The notes beneath the pieces are model-generated. The model was not told the DNA's origin, did no database searches, and saw nothing but the letters and a program-made list of their open reading frames with translations. Made by a program: the position numbers and the translations under genes. From Nemertoderma westbladi (taxonomy: Eukaryota > Animalia > Xenacoelomorpha), in the NCBI GenBank assembly GCA_032718475.1, contig JAUCBJ010001221.1:1-64000 (forward strand): 64,000 nucleotides of DNA, written 5' to 3'. Positions 11,601 to 22,516 of this stretch are shown piece by piece (positions within the stretch are counted from its first letter, which is position 1; each line of letters begins with the position of its first letter).

Positions 11601-13795
11601 TTTTCAGGTCTGCACGCCTCTAACAGATATTATATGGAAAGTTAAGGATATTTTATGAAAAAATACATATTTTATTATTATTATTAATTTTTTCAGACCC
11701 CCAGACTGTCTATGTAACTTCCTACAGGAAGATAAATTTGTTGAAATTCAGGAAATTTACAATTAAGGATATACAATATTTGAATTACATCACTGAGTTA
11801 CCAGCTGGACTAAAAATGTCAAGTGACCAATCAAATGAAAGCTTAATATACCCTCTTTCTCACTGCTTGATCCTCATTGGCTGTTTTCCAACTTAGAAGA
11901 AATAAGAACAGGAAATGTTAGTGTTGCACCAGTGCAACACTATGCAGCAAAGACATAAGACAGTCACTACCGTACGCGGCAACACAGGGGACTTGTAGTC
12001 CACAGACAGCTGGGAGTAGGGCCACACCGTGGCAGGGACAGAAACAAAATAACAACATGAACAAATATAATCCCAACACCCCCAGTAGGCCGAGTCCAAA
12101 TAACCAACTAAACTGCTAGGTATGATCTACGCGCATACGTGAAGCGCTATACAAGGAAGGCTACAATCCAAAATACAAATGCCAATTACACAAGAATGGA
12201 TTTCACAAGACCATGAACTGCAAACATTGGCAGGCGTTGCTTAAACAAGATCGGGTAGCCTACACTGGTATAAATGTACTATGTCATCGATGCGTGGTAG
12301 GAGGACACGGATTCGAAGAGTGTAAAGAAACACCAATAAAACACGGCGAGGTAGATGGAAGTAGAGGCCAAACGATGGCGACAAGCACCACGGGAGCGAA
12401 GAGAAGGGGAACGGTACTACTCGGGGTGGTACCGGTGAGGATAATAGGAGAGAGCGGGCGGTCGGTCACGACGTTAATGTTGGTCGACAGCGGAGCAGCG
12501 TTCACGCTAGCGGAAAGTTGGGTGGCCGAAGAGTTAGGGTTGCAGACGAGGCCAAGCAAGATGGTGGTAACTACTATCTCGAGTCGAGGTCTTAAGGATG
12601 AGAATGGGACGTTGCGAAATATCAGCGATAGCACCAGGGTGAGATTATGGGGCAACCATCGACCCCATCCAAATAATAGAATCGATTAATATAATCGCCA
12701 GGCGGCCCACAAGGATCGAGGTCGAGCAATACGCTATACACTGGACGATATCGATTTCTCTGTACCTGAACTGGACATCTCGAAGGTATCTCTCATAGTC
12801 GGCATGGACTGCCCAACGGCCCACGAGAGACTACGGACCATATTCGGAGGGGATAGGGAGCGAGATCCAATGGCGATTCTTACACCACTTGGATGGACAC
12901 TTAGTGGCGCAATTAAGACCAAAATCCTGTTCAGCGTGTCGGAATCCTCGGGGTGCATGTTTGCAGGCACAATGAGAGAAATCGAGGACGAAGGAGCAGA
13001 GGAGCAACTCAAGAGGCTGCTGCGGCAGGACTTCGAAGGGTTGAAGGAGACTGGGGTCAGGACCTCGGTGGAGGACAAGCAGGCGTTGGAGAGCGTGAAG
13101 AACTCAATGAAGTGTGAAGGGGGGTGGTATACCATGGGGATGGTATGGAAACAACCGAAGTTACCGCAACCAGACAATAAAAGGATAGTCTTGACGAGGC
13201 TTCAGAAACTGAAACAGACACTCAGACAGAGCCCCGAGAAGGATGAATACATCCACAGGACGATTAAGAAATACGTGGAAAAAGGGTGGGCCATAGAGTT
13301 ACCGGTCGATGAACCAAACACGGACAGGACCTACTATTTGCCACTGCATGTGGCTTTGGACCCTAAGAAGGGTAAACTACGGATGGTGGTAGATGCGTTG
13401 GCCAAAACTAATGGCAAGAGCTTGAATGATTACCTGCTGGAGGGCCCCAACATTTACAACTCTGGGATAGAGGTCCTGTTGAGATTCAGAAATGGAAGGC
13501 ACACCTTCACGTGTGACATCGAAAGCATGTTCAACCAAGTCCGAGTGACGGAGGAAGACAGCGATAGTCAGCGCTTCCTATGGTACAACAGCGATGAAGA
13601 ACCGTCAGAGATACCGATGTACAAGATGGTAGTGCAGAACATGGGGGCCAAATCGTCCTCGTTCACAATGACTACGGCTGTGAGAGATACGGTGGAGGGC
13701 AAGGAAGGAGAATACAGTGGGAAGGGGATCGACATGATTCGACGCAGATTCTATGTGGACGATGGGATGGGATCTGGAAACACGGTTGAAGAGAG
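8612..13795 (+). mobile_element. BEL/Pao LTR retrotransposon, 3'-truncated (gag-like, Zn knuckle, protease, partial RT)
   Basis: E/R-rich coiled-coil gag region, CHRC..H..EEC knuckle and protease MLVDSGAAFT. RT motifs YYLPLH, LRMVVDA..NGKSLNDYLLEGPN, DIESMFNQVRV, QRFLW and FYVDD are characteristic of BEL/Pao. It breaks off after YVDD; no RNase H, integrase or LTR seen. Confidence 0.85.
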
Positions 13796-13823
13796 CTCAT
13801 ATATTATTAGGATACTCATATAA
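12804..13823 (+). CDS. BEL/Pao reverse transcriptase (partial)
   Basis: TPLGW, YLPLH, SLND.L..GP, DIESMF.QV, QRFLW and YVDD motifs. Confidence 0.85.
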   Translation: MDCPTAHERLRTIFGGDRERDPMAILTPLGWTLSGAIKTKILFSVSESSGCMFAGTMREIEDEGAEEQLKRLLRQDFEGLKETGVRTSVEDKQALESVKNSMKCEGGWYTMGMVWKQPKLPQPDNKRIVLTRLQKLKQTLRQSPEKDEYIHRTIKKYVEKGWAIELPVDEPNTDRTYYLPLHVALDPKKGKLRMVVDALAKTNGKSLNDYLLEGPNIYNSGIEVLLRFRNGRHTFTCDIESMFNQVRVTEEDSDSQRFLWYNSDEEPSEIPMYKMVVQNMGAKSSSFTMTTAVRDTVEGKEGEYSGKGIDMIRRRFYVDDGMGSGNTVEESSYIIRILI

Positions 13824-15146
13824 TTTCTGACCCACCTTCAGAAATGGACCCCTTTGTTAGAACTCAGGCTGAAAGATCATTAAAAAATGTATTAAATTTA
13901 AAAAAATTTAGCTCCAGAGACTTACTCCAGTTGTCCTGTCTTATCCTTTGTTGTATGTCCACTGTATAGGGTTTTAGGGATAAATCCAGGACCAACCTAT
14001 GATGCATTATAAGACAATCCTCAGGCTAGGCAACCCTCAAGAGGGCTCTGTTAACCTACACCCTGAGGTGTCTTAAGGACTGGTCAACCGCAATTAGGGC
14101 GTTCATTCTTAACGGTGTAGCACATCCCTTCGACCCTTTCCCGATCAAGGTTGGAAGACCAAGACCTTCCAGTATAGTGTTAAAATGCAATATACTTGGA
14201 AATGGTCCTTATGCATGAGTATTATATCCTCCATCCTCTCACCCTAACTTTAGTATCTTCCTTCTCCCGACAACCTGGCTACAGTATATTTGTTCAGTTC
14301 AATGTTATATTGTTGGATAACTGGTTGTCATCAAGAGTTATATCAACGTCAAAAAAACAAATAAATAAATACATGGCGCTACTGTACTTTTCTAAATGTA
14401 TGTGCAATATATACATTATAAATAAATATATTAATTACAATATTTTCCAAACATTTCGCGGTTTGTGCAATTTATTTTCCTTAATCATACTCTTGTCTCA
14501 AATTATTTTACAAGTCAGCTGGAAGATTTTATCTTCTGTACTTAGATTTCATGTTTACACCGGCGCACCCGAAAATCTAGGTGGGGCTGCGAAATCCACT
14601 CGCTCCACAAAGCACCATCTAGCCATCTCAGGATTCTCCACGATTTTCCGTACCAGACAGTTTCAGTGTTTCACGGATTTAGAGACTGCCTATCTGTGGT
14701 ATGGTGCAATATTTATTCGTACCATGGGCCTATAGGACTGTTTTTCTGTTTCAGCACAGCACATACTGACACATTCAGATATGTGATTGTGCCGACGATA
14801 GATACAGTTACAGTTCAAGGACATAGCTGCATAGTCTCTAGTTACTAGTTAGAGGTGAATATTTGTATGTATGGTCATCGATATATGGGTCATATTACAG
14901 TCTGGTAACTTTCATTATATCAGTCTGTCCGTATATTCATCGTTTTTACTACTGTACTAGACTTAACGGCTAAATATACTTCTATGTATGTCTGTGCGTT
15001 AGCGAAAAATATTATTAGTATATCGGGACAACCACATGTGATTTCTAGACCTACACCGCAGTTCGGCCTGTCAGCCTTTTCATTCATTATAGCTCATCCT
15101 GCCATCCGTCCGTATACTTGTGTGGTCGTCACAGAATAGAACATTT

Positions 15147-15420
15147 AGAGACTATACCTCCAACCCGCAACATATAAATCGGGCTACCTACCAGGTAGGA
15201 ATATGGTGTACCAGCGATAAGAGTGACCAATGTGTACCATAGTGCCTGATACTTGATGATGAAACACAATCTTGGAATCCTGTCTGGAATATACTTCCAA
15301 TTGCTTCCTAGGCATGCAAAGAATTAGTCAAGTGTGCTTGGAAGAGTAAGAAAAGGTGTGGCACAAGATGTGCTTGCAAAATTGCAAATTGGAAGTGTAC
15401 AAAACTTTGCGCAAATGTCT
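15147..15420 (+). pseudogene. C-terminal remnant of an Academ-like transposase (Cys-rich CXC-type finger)
   Basis: IPPT..QHINRATYQVGIW and LPIAS*ACKELVKC..KKRCGTRCACKIANWKCTKLC. Confidence 0.6.
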
Positions 15421-15482
15421 ATACGAAAAACTTTAATAGATTTATTAATTGTTTAATTGATCTGACATCCATTTTAATTAAG

Positions 15483-15617
15483 AAGTTTAAGTTTAACGGG
15501 ACAATGGATGATATGAAAATAAGTTGGATTACTATATTACGGAATCATTGCGGATTCCGTAATATAGTAATCAAACTTATTTTCATATCATCCGTTGTCC
15601 CGGTTAAACTTAAACTT
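15483..15617. repeat. Near-perfect long palindrome (about 64-bp arms, 6-nt loop)
   Basis: aagtttaagtttaac..ctatattacggaatc [attgcg] gattccgtaatatag..gttaaacttaaactt. Confidence 0.9.
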
Positions 15618-17429
15618 TTTTATTAATTGTTATCTAGCTATATAAACACTACGTTGCTTTGATAAATACTAATAAATACCAAATTCGTCATAGTTAGTTA
15701 TGTCCATAAGTCAAACTGAAAAACACTATGTTCTTTTGAAAAAAATCCCAATATCTCTACCAAATTCGACAAAGCAGAGCATAATTACTCATAGCTATGC
15801 AAATATCGCTGTTGCTAAGGATGTATTGCCTCTCATATGTAACACTCTTAAGAAAAAAAACGGTTAGTGGTGTCAAAATCGCTCCATTGCTAAGATATGA
15901 CTGCCAGGTTACTATGGTAAATTCGCCATTGCTATGTAAAATTTACTGTTGCTATGCAAACCCGCCATTGTTGCTATGGAAAGCATTATAAGCCTACTGA
16001 TGCAGGAAACTTGTTTTTGCTTAGAATACCATGAAAATCTTTATGGTTGCTATGGAAAACCTTTGTTGCTATGCAAGTATAGTAAGTAAACATAAATTAA
16101 TTTTGAAATTTTTGTCCATAATATGTTTCTATATACTTCAGTGTTCATATTTCACAAAATTTGGAGAAATTCCACCTAGCAATTAGTGTATAAGAGGGAA
16201 ATATCCCGTTGCTATGGTAATGAGTAATTATTTACATTTAAAAAATAGCTATGATAGACCCCAGATTTATATTTTTCAAATCAAGAAAATTATTACCTTC
16301 TAAATATGAAAATAAGAAAAAATAAGAAAGCACAAGTGAATAAATAATGAAACATTCCCGTGGCTATGGTAACTATATTGACTGTGCTAGTGGTCCTAGA
16401 CCTCTACTGTGTAATGAGGAACTAAAGTATGTCATATGCTCAAAGTTGGAGTATACTGAACATGTTTTTTTCAATATTTTGTCCACTTTCCAAATGTTAT
16501 CGGTTACCATGGCAACAGAGGCAAACTTGAATGGTCGGAAAGTAATTGTCTGGACTTGGCAACATATAAGACACTAGATCCAAAATGTATTTTTTTAATT
16601 AGTTTGGAACTATATTAAATTTGGCAGAAAAAATGTAGTGACTTGTGACCATGGTTACAGGACTACCACAGGTCCATTTAAATTGGTCCAGGTACAGTTT
16701 GCAGTACTATGACTACTTAACGAGATAGGCCTAGCTACATAGCTCACCAGTCAGCCGGTAGCACAACAAACATACGGATGATACCTTCCATGAATTTAGT
16801 TTACCTTACCTTTATAAAGATATACTGATACGCGCAGTATTACGCTATATGTCATACATACATACATGGTAGTACGGTGTGGTACGGTACTGCACTGTGC
16901 TACAACCGGTATCTGAATATAATATATTCTATACCTATAAAGTTTGCGGTGTTAAAATAGTAATCATCTAAATACGTCGTCTGGTACAGCTGAAACATGC
17001 TTTTGGTAAATCCCAAAGTAAAAACCAACAGCGATTCGCACTAACTTTATGTGTGTATTGGATTATAGAGAAATTTCTATTATTAGTAGCAAAGCTCATG
17101 ATAATGGCGTTTATGTTCAAGGAGGTCGAGTTAAAAAATTGTATTATGTTAAATGCGAAAATGATAAAGTTTCTGAATTTCGTTGGTTTAAAGAAGAAAA
17201 TGAGACTCTTTTTGTCTCAGATCGTGTTTTAACTGGGATTGGTGGTAGAACGAACTCATTATGAAAAACGTTTTGTCGAACAATTCAATGTGTATGAGCT
17301 CTTGTGAGAATATCGATATAGGAAGGCCAATAGGCTGTTCCAGCATATGATAGCTACACTGAAACACTATTATTCTCAAGATAGGGTTCCATATTATGTT
17401 TCCTCTTATAATTGGACCACTGCCAGATC

Positions 17430-17694
17430 CTTTGCATGACATTGCTTTCGCCGTGAGGACCAGCCAGTGTATAATCTTGTACTTTGGCAGCCTCATGGAG
17501 TGAATAAGCATGGTGGACAGCCCATGACTTTCTTGAGACGCATCTTAAAGGACACTGGCCTTAAAGATGCGGATGATCTAGCAAATGTCATGGGTGATAG
17601 GGAGTTGTGGCGGTGCAATTTTGTTGACAAGCCGGCACAGCATTCTTAAAAATGCAGCTGCAATGCAGCATGCCGATCCTAGTAGTAGTAGTAG
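17430..17694 (+). mobile_element. 5'-truncated RTE-type LINE copy with (TAG)n tail
   Basis: Nearly identical to the 3' end of the element at 41915-43077. (tag)n tail and a possible 5-bp TSD agatc. Confidence 0.9.
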
Positions 17695-19732
17695 ATCAGA
17701 TGAAGGAAATGGAAATGATTCAGATGCCAGTTTCGATTTACCATGACTGATCCCACAGTATTACAAGCTGAATCATCCATGTTTGAATTGGGGAAATCGT
17801 GTGAAGATGTTCACCAGGCAAAAATCATAAATTATATTATCATTAATTAATTATTTTTTTAAAAGTTTATTACTAGGTTCTACGTTTTTTTCCCATGTTA
17901 ATACATTATTTTATTTATTTGTATGGAATTAATTTCGCACTACCAAATCGCCTTGGCGACATATTATACCATATAAACCAATATTGGATATTGAGTTCCC
18001 TTTTGGAGTTTACCTTACAGACACTAAAGTTGCAATAACTTTTGAGTATGTGAATGGATTTTGTTCAAATTAGACGTTCAGACCTATAGGCGTCATGATA
18101 CGCGCTAATGTCGTGGTTCAGAAGTTTCTTTATATAAACACTCACCAGGTCGCTATATTTATATTTTTTTTTATTTTATAAAACACAAAGGCCTGAAACA
18201 CCGGTACCGGTATGCAATGTAAAGCAGTAAGGGACATCAGACTCATGACTGGCTAAATGGGCTACATACAGTATATCTCCTAAAAAATTATAAATACAGT
18301 ATATTTTTTATATAAGACAATGCTAAACAAACGCCCCCAAATACGAGATAGGTTAAGCTTACAAAATAACAAAATCAAATTACATTACAATGAATTAAAT
18401 TAAATCATGCGCACCTAATTTCCCGACTAAAAGTAAAAGAAAGCAACAGGGATTGGGAATAACATATAGGTGATAAACTAGCCTGCATTTTCCTACGGTC
18501 TCCAAAACTTCAAATATCCCTACGAACCACTACGAAATAAACAACACTAAATACTAACAGAATAAGATGTACATAAGTCCATGATTAAATTAAATCAAAT
18601 TAAATTAAATTAAACGTACGTTACGTAAACGTGTTACATTAAGTTACATTAGGTTAATACGTACATACACGGAAACATCCCAGGTAACATCATAGTGATA
18701 TAAAGTTGTAAAAAACTATGAAGTCGTACAAAATTTTATGAAAAAACTATAAAAGGCTCCGGAACTATACGGACAACTCACTCATAAATTAACTAAACGA
18801 AAGCACCGGAAATCCCTAGGGAATAGACGGCGTTAACTAGCAGTAGATTAGGACGTATATAATGACATTATTAAATTAAATTAAAACTAAATGTACAGTA
18901 GGGGATCACTATAGGTTAAACGTACATGCCCCGAAATATGAAACTCTGGTAAAATCATACTGAAAACGCTATAAAGCTAGAAAATCGTACAAATTTAAGA
19001 AAAAACTACAAAAGGCTCTGAACTAACAAACTCTGCACTCTTAAATTAAACAACAAAATGAAAGCACCGGCAATTGGGAAAATAATGTGTGAGAACGAAA
19101 ACCTGGTCTTATACTACATAGCAGGGTACATCTTGTTCCTGGGAGGTCTGTATTTGTTGATGTGCACGGATTCTGAGTGGATCCTGTCTATGTCATTGTG
19201 GAACTTGCGAAAGGCAGTGATCCTAATACTGTCAATGGGTGTTGTCCAAGTCGGGTTCGATTTCTTTCCTGAAATTACGGATCACTGATCTATGTTTGGT
19301 TATTCTGCCACGTATTGTCTGTTCTGTCTAAATAAAAGTTGTGCGGGTGGTCGGAACACAACAATATGTACAGTATGTTGTGGGATGTACAATAGAATGA
19401 ACCACTGATCTTGACACCCCATTGGGTGTGTGGTTTATCTAGGATGGATGGGCACGCACGTCTTGCAACGGGGTCGGCTGCATCGGTGGTTCCCGCTTGC
19501 GGCTACTGCAGGTTTCTGTTTTATCATCAACTTACCATATTCCGACCTGTCCTCGTGGACGCGAGTAAACTGATTCCAGCGATTCCATCCACAATCTGTG
19601 TGGGGATAACACCCGTTTCACCACTGGCATGAACCTGGCATCTATTCTGAAGTGAACCCGGTCTGAGAGGCTGTGTACTCGTGTGTCCATCGATGGTTGT
19701 CTGTCTGGTCAATGGGGCTTCCCGCTGCTAAG

Positions 19733-20665
19733 TTAATTCTTTGTCTGTGGGGGTCCCACAACCTTATCTAGGAAAGTCCAGGCGTGTCCCGACACCCAAC
19801 AGTCTGTGAGGTATCTGTCACGTGCCTCCTCGTACTTGGTCTTTGTCCTTGTCAATCTCCCGAACTTGCTAAGTTGTCCCCTAGCTACACCCTCAAAGGT
19901 CTTTCTAGTGTGTAAACTAGTCGTGGGGATAGGGAGTTTCCTGGATAGTTGTTTGAAATGGACGGATATAATCCCCCCTCCCTCTCCTCTTACCAGTTCA
20001 AGGTCGAGAAACACTGACTTGGAATTCGAAAATTCAAAGGTGAATTTAATATCCCCCCCCCCCAAAACACCCCCCCCCCTATTATAGCATTGTACTATCT
20101 CGGTCTGTTCCTCCACTGACAAAACCCAGTCAAAAATGGCTTTGCTGTCATTGATGAAAGTACGGAAATAAATTGCACCAAATAATGACATAATGTTAAC
20201 ATGTTTGTGTATCCTATCTACCACTAGCACCAAAACAGCCATCCCTGCCGGGCCACCCATCCCCATTCCCTTTATTAATATATAAAATAAACCTTTAAAA
20301 CCAAAGTATGTATGAGACAACACAAATTTAAGAAGGATGACAATCTGATCCATGGAATACCCAGATTGGTCCAAAATGTCCTCGGTTTTGGAAACCGCAG
20401 CTACTATAGCGTCCACCACAACGCCATTGTCTATGGAGGGGTACATATCGATGACGTCCATGGCCGCGAATGTTAAACCTGGGGAACAGGGCTGTGGTAT
20501 AAGGTCCCTGGCTGAGTTAGATTCCTTAACGAAATTAGGCATTCTCTCTAACATGGGTTGGATAATCGAATTCAGCAGTTTCCCTGGACATTCCGAAAAG
20601 GTGCCCATTGTAGAAATTATCAATCTTGCTTTAGGTAGGGTTAAACCCCCTCCCATGTTATCCAC
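19733..20665 (-). CDS. Penelope-type reverse transcriptase (catalytic YxDD degenerate: FIND)
   Basis: See the PLE motifs above. Confidence 0.8.
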   Translation of the reverse strand: MDNMGGGLTLPKARLIISTMGTFSECPGKLLNSIIQPMLERMPNFVKESNSARDLIPQPCSPGLTFAAMDVIDMYPSIDNGVVVDAIVAAVSKTEDILDQSGYSMDQIVILLKFVLSHTYFGFKGLFYILIKGMGMGGPAGMAVLVLVVDRIHKHVNIMSLFGAIYFRTFINDSKAIFDWVLSVEEQTEIVQCYNRGGGVLGGGDIKFTFEFSNSKSVFLDLELVRGEGGGIISVHFKQLSRKLPIPTTSLHTRKTFEGVARGQLSKFGRLTRTKTKYEEARDRYLTDCWVSGHAWTFLDKVVGPPQTKN

Positions 20666-21034
20666 TCCTCCTTGTCCTTGTGATCCTTAAACAGGGGAAA
20701 AGGGTATCCCATGGAGGGGTGCTTTGATTATTCAGCAGTTTCCCTGGACGTTCCGAAAAGGTTCCCGTTGTAGAAATTATCAATCTTGCTTTAGGTAGGG
20801 TCAAACTACCCTCCCAGTTTATCCACTCCTTATCCTTGTGATCCTTAAACAGGGGAAAAGGGTATCCCATTGAGGGGTGCTTCGCTATTCAGCAGTTTCC
20901 CCGGATGTTCCGAAAAGGTTCCTGTTGTAGAAATTATCAATCTTGCTTTAGGTAGGGTCAAACCCCCCTCCCATTTTATCCACTCCTTGTCCTTGTGGTC
21001 CTTAAACAGGGGAAAAGGGTATCCCATGGAGGGG
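20570..21034. repeat. Tandem triplication of about 158 bp of PLE RT N-terminal coding sequence
   Basis: attcagcagtttccc... recurs at about 20570, 20730 and 20887. ORFs 20658 and 20845 repeat the peptide PFPLFKDHKDKEW..LPKARLIIST. Confidence 0.9.
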
Positions 21035-22372
21035 TACTTCGTAATTATCAGGAATCCCTGGATAACCAGCCCTATGTGTTAAAGCAAGACTGCTGTACAC
21101 TCTCAATGCAGTCATTGAAAGCAGTATGGCACAGGCATTCATTCAAGTTCTGGATAACTTAGGCCAGCCAGTGACGATCCTGAGACGAAATACAATAAAA
21201 AAGCTTACATTTCCATCAGGAAGAAGCATTTGGCTTGAAGAAGTTCAGCAAGTGGAAATACTGGTGATGTGAGTCTGAGTCAAGGGACAGTTGACCCACC
21301 CGCTGTCTTTAGCAGCTGTTCCTAGCCTAGCCCTGTTCTGACAATGAAGGCTGTATGTAGTATTGATGTATTGTTTTTTTTTGTAGTATTGTTTGTAGTA
21401 TAGTCATATATATATATATGTCTTATTATAATAGCCCATAAATAAGTCTTATTAGAAAGCAAGTGTTGTGTACATTGCGAGTGGGGAAATAATTTACAGA
21501 CAGTTAGATCACAGTCATAAAGTGCATATAATAACGAATCAATCAGTCATAAAGTGCATATAATAACGAATCAGTGGTATCGGCATCAGACTCCATTTTA
21601 CTATGTTAAAACACTAGGTTTTGTTTTGTTGATCGATTTCTGGCCCTAGACCTATCATCAGGGAATATTAACAAAGTTGTATGTTATCATAAATTGACAA
21701 TGTCATACACCATTCGATGCAGAATATCTGAAATAATTTTTCGAGTTCATCCATGCACTCTCAACTTATTGTCATTTAAAGTCTTGTTATTTCATAAAAA
21801 GTATGCCGGTGAGAATGAAAATTTTCGCAATTTGAATTGATGGACTTAATTGGCAATCTCTCAAGATATGATTCATCAAATTGAATAATATCTTCGGATT
21901 TGAAGTCAAAGATCTAAATTTAATTATTCTGTCGAAGTGCCATATTGTGCTCCTCAAAACATTTAGTTAGAGCTGGGAGAAAGACCTCAAGAATAGTACA
22001 AGTCATCAGTGTGGGAACTGGAAGTAATCTCTCTAAATGTGAAATCTTTAGTGACACTATTGGGAATATTGCCTTAAATCATTAAAGCATTTAGGGTCTA
22101 TTGTTCCAGCTTTCATGAATTTATCCATATTCTGCACATCTGCAGGTACGCTGGGAGATCCATAATATGAATTGATTTACTTTCAAAGAGACTACAATAC
22201 GGTCCAGTTATAAGTTTTCCAACAAGAGCAATTGCTCAAATTTCAGATTTATAGAAGTCGAGTTTCAGATAATTTGCTACTGCATTAGGTTACCCGGTCA
22301 CTATGCATATACCAACATCTATGTTGTTAATACTTAATATACTATGTTTATTATCTAACTGTAATATTATTA

Positions 22373-22516
22373 GGCGCGGTAGATCACTTGGTTGAGTGAT
22401 GGGACTGCAATCTATTTATTGAATGTTCAAGCCCAGCCAGGGTCCATCAGCTGTTCATCCCTTGGGGTCGATAAAGTGAGGACCAGTTGTTGAATTACTG
22501 GGAGTAAAAGCGCCCA
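22373..22516 (+). mobile_element. SINE 5' part (tRNA-like head plus Deu/Nin-like domain), interrupted by the MULE; probable 3' part at about 25120-25185
   Basis: Head ggcgcggtagatcacttggtt..gttcaagccc resembles A/B boxes. tcagctgttcatcccttggggtcgataaagtgaggaccag resembles the Deu/Nin SINE core, judged from memory. Confidence 0.45.

Larger units (their letters stand above)
19090..21060 (-). mobile_element. Penelope-like element remnant (RT plus degenerate GIY-YIG endonuclease)
   Basis: RT motifs RLIIST.GT, FAAMDVIDMYPSI, YFGFKG..Y....GMGMGGP and FTFE....VFLDL. Downstream on the same strand are CRVCP and SFYCTSHNILYILLCS (GIY-YIG N-terminus). Confidence 0.85.

Noticed and set aside
14196-14848. 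179-aa and 60-aa ORFs
   Set aside because: No recognisable motif, non-ATG starts and AT-rich composition; likely spurious.
21700-22300. Minus-strand transposase-like remnant (AIALVGKLITGPY..IHIMD)
   Set aside because: Probably TE-derived but too decayed to assign to a family.
22373-22445. tRNA gene
   Set aside because: Only degenerate A/B-box-like motifs and no cloverleaf; better explained as a SINE head.
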